Source of the DNA: Bugula neritina
Taxonomy: Eukaryota > Animalia > Bryozoa
Assembly: GCA_964035545.1 (NCBI GenBank)
Contig: OZ037768.1
Location: forward strand, 20,257,700 to 20,321,699
Length of the DNA: 64,000 bases
Direction of reading: 5' to 3'
The position numbers and the translations under genes were made by a program. Shown here one piece after another: positions 50,701 through 59,772 of the stretch. Each line of letters starts with the position of its first letter. The stretch's first letter is position 1. Under the pieces are notes generated by a model. The model was given only the letters and a program-made list of their open reading frames with translations, was not told the DNA's origin and made no database searches.

Positions 50701-53334
50701 AGCCTTTACAGCTTGATAGTACTCTACTGGACTCATCTTATTAACATAAGCAATGTCTTCCATAGACTCATCTGATGAAACGTATTCCAAAAAGTCATAA
50801 TGGATAGTTAGAAACTCTTGATATGTAGATTCAAGCTGAGATCGCAGGCATTCCACTTGTGTAGAGTTGCTACTAGAGATTGCTGATTCTATGAGATTAG
50901 TTAGCATTGTTACCTTAGACCTCAGAGTAGTACGTTGCTTCTTGAGATTAACTATGTCCTGTCGGTCCATGTCAGCCTCATCAATATTGGTACTGTATCG
51001 GTTTGTGTTTGTGTCTGGTTGCAAGATATGCTTTAACTACTAGCCAACTTGGCAACAGGTTTTCGAGTTTATTAACTGTCAAATCGTACCCTATAAAATG
51101 GGAAACATTAGAAATTGTATAAATAAGTAGTCACAATATAAATCAAAATTCAGAGGAACACTATGAATATTACAGAACCAAAAAAATTGACATGAACTAT
51201 TATAATTCTAATAAACTTACAATATTGATGCGTGGATAAAAATCTTAGCCATCACAATGCCGAAACCGATAGTTTATTCATACAAAGAGTGTAAATATGG
51301 CGGTTTGATCATGATACACTGACTCATGCAGTACAGTGAATGAACTAGCTCTGCCAGCTAATAGTAGCTTTGGTGAAAGCTTTTGAAGCTTGAAAGCTTT
51401 AATGATTGGCTGCCTGCCAATACTTCTGGGTGGCATACCAATACAATGACCAATACGTGTTGTTTTGTGGGATATATCTAATAGTCTGAGTAGTGAGTTT
51501 TATAGCTGGGATATATCTATTAGTTTGGGTTTTATAGGTGATGCGCCCTAAAATAATGCAAGAATGTATCATAATTTTACATGCTAATTTTAGTTACTGG
51601 TTATTTTCCCTGCAGATTCACAGTTCTCTCGGAGAGGATGTTGGGTTCTGATGATGTCATAGCAGGATATAGAATGGAGTTGAGACAACTCCAGTCGTAT
51701 GAACTGACGCACTTTCATGTCTACATGGAGCAGAGTGCTACTGTGTGTACTTCACCATCACTTATATAAATATATGTTGTAGTAATAGTAATATATGTTT
51801 ATATTATAGTGATGACTTCTAACCTTTCTGGTTATAATTTACAGCTGACAACAGACGAAGTGGCTGGAGAGGACAATGGGAAGATTCAGCTTTCTATTCA
51901 GTATGACTCGGCGTCCACTCTGCTGTATATAAAGGTGGTACGATGTGCTGCCCTTCATATACCTGGCATAGGCAGAGTTGCTGACCCTTATGTTAAACTG
52001 TACGTCTCATTGGTTATATAACTACTGTGTTAGAGCTCATTGGTTAGATAACTACTGTATTAGAGCTCATTGGTTACATAACTACTGTGTTAGAGCTCAT
52101 TGGTTAGATAACTACTGTATTAGAGCTCATTGGTTACATAACTACTGTGTTAGAGCTCATTGGTTAAATAACTGCTGTGTTAGAGCTCATTGGTTACATA
52201 ACTGCTGTGTTAGAGCTCATTGGTTATATAACTACTGTGTTAGAGCTCATTGGTTAGATAACTACTGTGTTAGAGCTCATTGGTTACATAACTGATGTGT
52301 TAGAGCTCATTGGTTACATAACTGATGTGTTAGAGCTCATTGGTTACATAACTGTTGTGTTAGAGTTCATTGCTTTTTACTGAACTTTATCCTGTTAATA
52401 GAATTGAGAACAAACACAAATTTAACAGTCAAATTGTAAGCAGATGTCTTTTCCAAAATCTCATTTCAAAAATGTTTCTTTAAGCTGTGCAATTATTTAT
52501 TTTCATTTGTATGATTTTCACCTCTCATGACACAATTTTAAACTTCAAATGCTCCTAAATCTTATCAAATATCTTAAAGCCTGAGATAGAAATTTAGAGT
52601 TGCTAAGAGTTGCTTTTGTACTAATTGACTTTTTTCCTTCATCAGGTAGTTTCATGCATAGATAACTTGTATACTGTTCAGAAAAATTGCTAGTAAGGAA
52701 AATCTGTTCCAAACTTACATCATTGAGAAAGACTTTCAACAGTTTCAGATGTTTTGATTATCAACCATCTTTTTATTTACTTTTCAGATATCTGTTACCA
52801 GACAGTTCCAAGTCTAGCAAAAAGAAAACGCTTGTTAAGAAAAACACATTGAATCCTGAATTTCACGAAGAGTTTGTCTATAAAGTACCTCTAGACACTT
52901 TACTCAGCATGTCTCTGGAAATATCAGTCTGGGACCACAACATGACCCGGAATGCTTTCCTCGGTGGGTTCACTGGTTATTGCACATGTGCATATATAAA
53001 TACACACTTTTAATTAGCTGCTATTAGAAATACAAGTGCTTGCCCCAAAGATAATCATAAATCTCATTAAAAATATTTTAAAAACTTTAATACTTCTAAG
53101 ATAAAATATTTTGAACAAACATTAAGTTATTAGTTTGCCTTTTTGTCGTTGGATTAGGTGTCAAGCTCAATTTTTCACTCTACCCATATGGTAATATGAT
53201 ATTTTACAGGTGGTGTATATCTCTCAAGTTCTTCAACAGTGGCTTCAGAGAAAATGCAATGGAATCTTATATCTGAGCAGCCCAATAAGTGGCACAACTC
53301 CTGGCATTGTCTCAGAGACATTCTAAACAAGTAG
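38754..53334 (+). CDS. RPH3A: Rabphilin-3A-like Rab effector (Rab-binding domain with Cys8 zinc finger, two C2 domains)
   Basis: Exons 38754-38860, 40663-40818, 41173-41305, 41708-41794, 42220-42430, 42902-43000, 43792-43935, 44215-44406, 44806-44885, 45592-45660, 45849-45958, 51616-51742, 51845-51999, 52788-52963, 53210-53334 (TAG). Motifs: MTD..RWVIPNDRQLSLRARLGTGWSV, LSPEELHHIRSVVHRA..EQQRI, four CxxC pairs, WKKSSAWYF (SGAWFF-like), and C2B DPYVKLYLLPD..KKKTLVKKNTLNPEFHEEF..ISVWDH. Confidence 0.85.
39605..39818 (-). mobile_element. tRNA-derived SINE copy with a degenerate TSD
   Basis: Homologous to 24935-25150. Flanks caatttggggacagtt (39588-39603) and caatttgggagacagtt (39818-39834). Confidence 0.88.
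43118..43380. repeat. 14-bp minisatellite (gtagtgtggtatag)
   Basis: Tandem copies seen directly. Confidence 0.95.
44542..44720. repeat. (CA)n-rich microsatellite
   Basis: Seen directly. Confidence 0.9.
46032..46483 (-). repeat. 3' LTR of the BEL/Pao element
   Basis: Direct repeat of 50994-51445 with TG...CA ends. Confidence 0.95.
46714..50970 (-). CDS. BEL/Pao Gag-protease-(partial RNase H)-(partial integrase) polyprotein; RT and DDE core deleted
   Basis: Single open frame, first ATG at 50970. DUF1759-like Gag (FNGTRYHWLEFRSVW), three Cys-His knuckles, protease FFDGGSNASFI..IDLLIGND, RNase H part AKCRIAP..IPQLELNAAV..IDSETVL..ENTADWLTRG, integrase HHCC and MGSLPTERL..IDLFGP, then directly the C-terminal RSVHKLALL. 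No YVDD-type RT motif. Confidence 0.88.
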   Translation of the reverse strand: MDRQDIVNLKKQRTTLRSKVTMLTNLIESAISSSNSTQVECLRSQLESTYQEFLTIHYDFLEYVSSDESMEDIAYVNKMSPVEYYQAVKASYDKAISDCNTWHSKFYKIKHSLILAIKKANGLVADCTDNTLITEHHKKCVALSESLADTIGFSDLLLKLDEVILSLDYCMSKFTLMSRAQSQSMNFEHRESDSFVVRSGLAESGVGGGSPSDGASHAPTMVASSRLFPPRSQPSTHEATLAPNPGITASGSDRQVLREDHTSGEALASNPGVIASTNVRDVRSSTFSVRDLHGSPDRAAHSESFIRGATSSVVDAYDSYPNGTSQISYDSRLTGGNNFNSSIHKTHSQPKPFNGTRYHWLEFRSVWLRYATMFYDDVDRACELKKFLTGEALEMVQPIFATQPQAYERMMCRLEEVYNDPSMSVQAVFNNLQELKPVREGNARELVKMANAVESSYSQLGEVGLLQTVTLPQVDTLANLLPTSIRRDWDRHFHILTHEERIKPFPHLMRFLEQERQIALRRIETVNPQSSSMHKQKVKGFHTESSGPKSSSNRPTNNSKIIDSKNYCFIHRSERHCLVECRNFLALSVDERYKLIKTNSLCVRCLSTHEPKCCPNFRTPCPVCDKTTHHVLLCIKSAETNTHTNCNTNKNKVKADQIKHKSNENSEASAVSTTVRVSPNHGAHNHPGNATVFAIQQAQVVGTSHTAIIFFDGGSNASFISERAAKAWGARQIDKVNLEMNTLGEHEVSETSTIYEVKLQTPKGRTFAILAYSLRKLTGAINRPLDANILGSLFPKIDTSKLLKKTGPIDLLIGNDLLGLHPKHQVDQAGPHLYVYSGPFGLCVQGSHPALSNFSTLPSSSFHVQATMMHEKLEEVEFSQRIHNDTLNSCDLDLSTVSSPAYSVNSPDASPSQFTKSFSRPQTIIDCGESHTIATECCTIELADDSDPLQSPGDPVTESAEQIGSGQLNKSLEINDSTTMSIEIKRKYEFTSSTSITQSTPVLDNERAGSKVAAKGVNKATAKCRIAPMKQQLKIPQLELNAAVLSKRGRRVIETEMRHEFEKVYQLIDSETVLKMLQKKSTRFHVYEGVRVGEIQGATNGDMSGWHWVSGKENTADWLTRGKPVNDIGPASEWWRGPNFLYLPEDQWDIKSPSDSNELVFGEKKLVYTVTASTEVQSFIKYENFSSLKSLTWTIARVRNVFKYKSFKGIQPDLVTVTDLRQTKLYLLKQVQRTIDSELNKIKGKYTRLHPIKTESGVWIVGSRLLRHNPMTAIKTHTQSILPTTHYFTYLAMRQAHTDSYHRGRDATLARFREEFWTMQGSKVARGIVTSCQMCRLKQPRFTDQLMGSLPTERLTIGPPFNNVMIDLFGPYIVRGEKQIYGRPNYKVAGKLRDYVGCKDTIITRSVHKLALLTEVNP
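50994..51445 (-). repeat. 5' LTR of the BEL/Pao element, containing a GT-AG intron (51220 to 51091) and AATAAA (51073-51068)
   Basis: Direct repeat of 46032-46483. The minus strand has a GTAAGT donor, a CTAAT branch site and a ttttatAG acceptor. Confidence 0.93.
52005..52372. repeat. 30-bp minisatellite (gagctcattggttacataactactgtgtta)
   Basis: About 12 copies starting 5 nt after the donor at 52000. Confidence 0.96.
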
Positions 53335-56026
53335 TTCTATGTGATATGATTCCCTCATCCTGTGTATGTAAAACAGATGTAAATCACCTTTAAACTTCGC
53401 TTTTTCTAATTGCTTTATTTATTGTGTGTTCAGATAATGTAGATATATTTATTAGAAATTTTCTCTTTCTGGTCAATTTTTCTAGTCACCATCTCTACTT
53501 TGCCCAATGATTATTTAATATCTTATGGGGGCAGTTTCAACTGTGTTTCACTTTGACTTCCAATTTTATACAACTTTTCGATGCAGTGTTTTCACAGGTT
53601 AGTTTTTTGTAAACATGTATATTTACCTAAATTTGGAAAATTGGACATGTTTTCTATATATATATTTTTTTTTCTGCCTGATTTTTCTATGATTTTTTTT
53701 TAGAAATAATACCAATAAAGTCTGTAAGAATTTGTTTTTGTACAAATAGACCTTAGCTGATTGTATTAAAGCTGTAGCTTCATTACAGGGCCAACCCACT
53801 CTGCAGACATACAAGGATATGCTTTGTAGCTGTTAATACTTTATATTTATACTTTATATTATTATGCAATATATTTTATATTTCAATTTTAAAAGTGTCT
53901 ACTTAACTATAATTCTCAAGATAGATTAGAGCTCTTAGATAGTATGTTTCCTTATTACAATTTGGTATATTAATACTTTGTATGTATATGAGTTATACGC
54001 CATGCTCTTGTTCAATGACGTCATAATATTATGTACCTTTGTTTATCACTACACACAGACTAGCATGAAGCCTGTTATAATGACATGTGCTTTTGTTTAT
54101 TAAAATAATTGCAGAAAGAGTGAAACTTGAGATTTCAGCATTCAATGGAAACACATGTTAATAGACTTTATTGATAAAATATTTTTATATTTGTTTCCCC
54201 CCCCCCCCATTAATCTAGCCCTCTATTAACCCAATGACACCAGTTACTGCACTAAAGTTACATATTGCAGAGTCCATAATCAAATTATATTTTGTGCTTA
54301 AAACGTTTCCTCAAGGAATTCTCATAAAACATAATATTGCATAGCAGATATTTTTCATTGCATCTCAAAAAGTAGCTTCAAAATGGTTATCTTTCTGTAG
54401 CAGACTGAAACCATGAGAAAATACATGAGTTTTACTCTTTAAGCTCATCTAATTTCAGTTATATTAAACACATCCACCTTCATCCATTACTGTATGTTAT
54501 TGCCTCTTTGGTTTGCTTCAATTCCAGCATTCATTGTGGTAAGAAGAAATTAAGTCATGTACTTCATAATACTTGTAATGTATCCAACACTTTTACACAG
54601 CTATTTACTTTGTATTGGCAAAAATTATTCAATTATTATTAAAACTTGGTTCCACTCTACAGCTTCTTTTTCATTTAGAATAAATCTTCTTTTGATAAAA
54701 ATCCTTCATAATAGTAAAATAAATGTCTAAGCTAGGCTATAGTAAATGGTACTCCATTTGACTAGCGTTCCCAATGGTATTCCTAACAGCTTATTCCACA
54801 TTATTTGTAAGCTAACCCAGATCATTGAATTTTCAGCTATTGAAAATAATATAGCTAATATCTGTGAAACATTTAAATCATTTTAATATCTTCAAGTAGC
54901 AGCTTTTAGGACTTATATGATAGGTTAATCCCCTCATAAACATCTATAATTCAGTCTAAATTACAATTCTATTCAACATAATACAATATATAAGCTTCTG
55001 CTGTTACTATTACATTGAATAACCAAATATCTTAAGCCTTCACTACACCAGTATGAAACAAAGACCGTTTGCATGTCTTGGAGAATATTACATCACTATG
55101 GAATGCATTAACTTGAATTAGTTAGTATAAACTGTGAGGGCGTACAAGTGCATGTCTCTGTAATTAGGTTTATTTACAAAAGCTTACCAGTTTGTACCAG
55201 TTAGAGCTGCTTTACCCTTGACCCAAATATTTAGGATTTCAAGTGAGATTTGAACTCAAAACTATAAGCACTGTGTTATGATAATATAAGGATTGTATGA
55301 GTCATCTTTGCAAATATAGTGGAATTATTCAAGTACATATTATAATATGAGAAATTTAGTGCATTAGGAATCTTACACTTACTAATGAGGGGTTAAGGTC
55401 AGGCTTCTGAGGTATGTGCAGTAATGGAGAAAAGCCTGTGTTCTAGGTTAGAAATGTACCATAAGAAGTTATGTTCTCACAAGAATTTCAACCAAGAATT
55501 ATAAACACATTTTAACAACTTAGGTCTTAGGCTATCCAAATTTCTCCACTACTGCTCCTAAATGACTTTTCATGATATTGTTTTATATTTTATAATGATT
55601 AGGACTTTTTTTCTGACCAAATTTATTTAAATTATGCCAAAGCATTAAATTTTCAAATACTTATTTTCTATGATATTGAAATGCCTATTTTATGTTGTCA
55701 ATGCATGTTTATCAGAAATTTCTATTCACCATCAAGCAGCTTCTTGTATTCTAAAGTTTTCCAACAGCTCAAAATGCTTTAATAATTGTAACAAAAATAC
55801 TGCTCCAATCTCACAGCACAAGAAATTATATTTATTGTATTCACAATGCATAACGTAAACAAATTGAAACCATAACAAAATGTATGAGTTTTGCTGTTTA
55901 AACACATTTTCCACAATCATTTGTAATAAAATTACACCAATAAGACACTCTCAGAAACATCAAAATATCAAAAGATTAAAAATTTATTTACTGAAAATGT
56001 TATGTGAATATATTCACTAGGATTCT

Positions 56027-58534
56027 TTAGATGCATTCATACAACTGGTAAGTGGGGGGTGTGTCATGCCCGCATATTTTGTGAAGGCATTGTATTTCCT
56101 CATACAGACGGGCTATGTAGCTGTCATAGATGTAGGATGGGGAAACTGGATAACTCTGTAAAACAAGACACACTTTGAATAATGCTTGTCTAAATTACAC
56201 ATTGTTGTATGGTACAATTTAGCACAATTTTCTAAAACACTTTAGGTTTCAAAAGCATTTTCTTTAGATTTCATTTTTTTACTAACGAAAGTATTTGCTA
56301 TTAACTTACAAAGGGTCTGAGATGGCAGTCTTGGGCACTCCCACTCTCGATCATGTTGGTGATGTTCCGCAGATATCCATCAAGTGAATCCATCTCAGAA
56401 AGGTGGAGTTGCAAGTTGCAGCGGTACATGTTGAAACGTCTCGCCATGGTTCTCATATTACTCTAAATAATTATTTTGTTCTTAGAAAACACAATAGATA
56501 AGAAATAAGTAGTTATCTCACAGCTAAACTTTTTGACTATTTAAATGATTCTAATAGCAACTAGCGAGCTGTTAGTTTAACCTAAAAAGGAATTAATGCT
56601 CCTAAAACCAGTTATTTGAATTACGTTCATTTTCAAATTTGTACTCTATAAACAACATATAGGTATATCTTGTGTCATTTCACTTGCTGATCTGCTACCT
56701 TTGTTGAAAATCAGAGTAATATTTTTTAATATTTATATCTACTGAGCATAAATATTACCAAATATTTAATCCAATATTATAAAATAATAACATGTGAATA
56801 AGCTCAAAGCACACTTTTAAAAAGCCTTTTCTATCAGGAGTTCTCACACGAATAGTGACTATAAACTTGAATGAGTTTATTGACATGTGGTGTAACAATT
56901 TATAGCCACATATCACTTACATTGACAAAAAAGCAGTTCAAAGGCTCATCATAAGGGACTGGCTTGTAAGTTTTAATATCCGTGACACATAAATTTCTTT
57001 TCTCCTGAAATTACAAGCAAATGGAATAATAAAAGTTAATGGTGGATTTAATAAGTAATTCGTTGGTATTTCAAGTATGATAGCAAAAATTTCAGGATAA
57101 GTTCTACTAGTAGTGTATAGAGACAAGTTTAATTACTAGTAGTAGAGGTAAGTTTTACTAGTAGTAGAGGTAAGTTTTACTAGTAGTAGAGGTAAGTTTT
57201 ACTAGTAGTAGAGGTAAGTTTTGCTATAGTACAGGTAAGTTTTATTAGTAGTAGAGGTAAGTTTTGCTATAGTACAGATAAGTTTTATTAGTAGTAGAGG
57301 TAAGTTTTGCTATAGTAGCAATAAAAGGGTTATACTTACAAAAACTTGCTTCATTTGCGTCAACATAGCATTAGCCAAACCAAGCTGCTCATGGTGTGAG
57401 GGAGTGGAACAAAATGGAATAACACTACTCTCATAAGTTGTATTCCTACAAGAACAAAAGTTCATAAAATGTGTAATAACAGATATAGTTTTAAATTATA
57501 AGTGCGTATAATTAGATATGATGATAGGCCTATAGACTAGGTCATTCTACAAAGTATTATTATAGACAATAGAGATATTTAGGAGAATATGGCGCAATGA
57601 CTAATTAATTCTTTTTACCTTTTATCGCTTTTCTCAGACTCAATACTTTGATAAATGTCTTCAATTTCCTCCATTATTTCCATTTTGTCAATACTTTCAT
57701 TGCTTTTCTCCATCTTTTCACTTTTCTCAGACTCACTAATTTGATAAATGTCTTCAATTTCCTCCACTACCTCTATTTTGTCAATACTTTCATTGCTTTT
57801 CTCAATTTTTTCACTTTTCTCAGACTCACTAATTTGATAAATGTCTTCAATTTCCTCCACTACCTCTATTTTGTCAATACTTTCATTGCTTTTCTCAATT
57901 TTTTCACTTTTCTCAGACTCACTAATTTGATAAATGTCTTCAATTTCCTCCACTACCTCCATTTTGTCAATACTTTCATTGCTTTTCTCAATCTTTTCAT
58001 TTTTCTCAGTACTTCCAATGCCTTCATCACTTTTTTGCATCTTTTCACTTTTCTCAAGACTTCCAATGCCTTTATCACCTTTCTTCATCGTTTCACTTTT
58101 CTCAATACTTCCAATGCCTTCATCATCTTTCTCCATCTTTTCACTTTTCTCAAGACTTCCAATGCCTTCATCATCTTTCTCCATCTTTTCACTTTTCTCA
58201 ATACTTCCAACTTTATCTATTTTCTCATTTATCTCAATTGTCTTGATTTTAAGCAGTTTCTCATTTGTTCCAATCTTCTCATTCTTATCCATACTCCCAA
58301 GACTTGCTGACTTCAGTTGTTGAGGCATTAAAACCAAAAGAGCGCAGCAAATAACAAAAAAAGTAAGTATGTTATCTAAAAATAAAAGCAAATTAAAATT
58401 AATATTCAAATTTTATTTCTTCTGCCACTTTTCTCTATTTACAGTTATTGCTAAGTCATTCTGTATGATATGAACAAGTTATCTACAAGATAGTTTGAAG
58501 TAAGTAGTTACTATACATTATAATACTCACTCAT
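56027..58534 (-). CDS. Uncharacterised secreted precursor: signal peptide, Glu/Lys-rich repetitive pro-region, KR site, 128-aa six-Cys mature domain
   Basis: Minus-strand exons 58534-58531 (ATGA|gtgagt), 58375-57619, 57445-57340, 56462-56310, 56155-56027 (TAA), all GT-AG and phase-consistent. N-terminus MNNILTFFVICCALLVLMPQQLKSA; cleavage context ..SDKR|NTTY.. Confidence 0.75.
56790..56880 (+). mobile_element. 3' fragment of the tRNA-derived SINE
   Basis: tttctatcaggagttctcacacgaatagtgactataaacttgaatgagttt matches the SINE 3' end. Confidence 0.65.
57134..57318. repeat. 22-bp minisatellite (actagtagtagaggtaagtttt)
   Basis: Tandem copies starting about 20 nt inside the intron after the minus-strand donor at 57339. 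Confidence 0.92.
57625..58215 (-). repeat. Coding tandem repeats of the secreted precursor (48-bp/16-aa and 93-bp/31-aa units)
   Basis: SxEKSEKMEKDDEGIG about 4 times, then xEVVEEIEDIYQISESEKSEKIEKSNESIDK about 3.7 times. Confidence 0.9.
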
Positions 58535-59772
58535 GTTGACACCTAATTCTGTACAACTTTAACCTTCAAGAAGTTTCATAAAACTGAAAATGGCTTACAG
58601 TAAACTTATATTTAAACTTAGTTTGCATTAACAAAGCAGTTACATAACAATAGCAAAAGCTTAGTTCATTCCTTGTTTAAAACCCACTCAATGACAAATA
58701 CAGCCTCTAAACTATTTGGGTTTAGAAATCATTATTTGTTTGTGATTATACAGTACTTTGAGAAAGTATTAATCTGCTTAATAACTTATATGTCAACAGC
58801 TGGGGAGGGGGGACTTACAGTTTATAGTATTTTATGGTGTGTCTAATAAACACAGTATTTATAAACACAGTATATTTATAAAATATTAAATGACTGTATA
58901 TAACTTTGCACAGCCCAAACAATAGTATCTACATTATTGTGGCTCTAGCTATCAATTAGCATTTGCACACAGTTTGGTGAAATTGTAGTTTTATATAAAA
59001 ATTCTAAATATTATTTTTTCTTTTTTCAAAGCACTAAAATAATAAAAAAAATTCAACTTCATAGCACATATTTAACAAAAATATCAAATTAAACAATATT
59101 ATGTAGTCTTGTTTAATTTGCTATAATGATTAAATTTGCTTATTTACTGATTTCCTAACTATATAATTATTATGTGGCTGCCACACTAAAAAGAGGCAAC
59201 CAAAATTACTTTATCAGGGAGATTATAATGTTTAAGCAGCTTATATTTGCTGTATACCTGCATGCAGCTATTCTCAGCTGGTATGTTATTCAATAACCCC
59301 AGTTACAAGAGGAATTACGAGTCTCTATTTGAATAACTCAATCCTCAAAACTATTTGCTTCTGGTCAGGACATAGGGCGGTCAACATCTGTTTAATTTTT
59401 GTGGTCGCCCAGTCTATATTCATTTTTTATTCCAAGTTTTATTGCATTTATTGCCATACTTGATCTACTAAACTGGATCCCAGTGTACAGTTAAGATTAA
59501 GATAAGAAATTCAACAATCAAGAATGCTTCCCTGTACACTTGCTTATCACTGTCACATGATTTTAAGTAGGTAGGTACCATTAGCCCAGTGTAAACAATA
59601 TAGTAGGGAGACTGCTTAAAGTATTAGTGTTTGTTTACCAGTTTAGCTGCTTATTACTTAGTTTGTGTCACCAATATATGGAAGCTATTTGCCATGCATC
59701 CTTAATTTGAGATTTTCTAGGAGAGAGTTTCACTCAACTACAGTTTTGAGGACGACATATTGCTTGCTGACC

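Larger units (their letters stand above)
46032..51445 (-). mobile_element. BEL/Pao LTR retrotransposon, non-autonomous, recent insertion antisense in rabphilin intron 11
   Basis: Two 452-bp LTRs (46032-46483 and 50994-51445), TGTAT...ATACA, with no differences found by eye. 5-bp TSD ATGAC at 46027-46031 and 51446-51450. Internal Gag-PR-RH-IN fragments are of Pao type. Confidence 0.95.

Noticed and set aside
50985-50992. 8-nt inverted match between the post-LTR sequence (tattggta) and the outer LTR end (taccaata)
   Set aside because: Shorter and less well positioned than the 15-nt spliced-junction match; it may be coincidental.
57648-58323. Plus-strand Phe/Leu/Ser-rich ORFs
   Set aside because: Antisense shadows of the Glu/Lys repeat exon on the minus strand.
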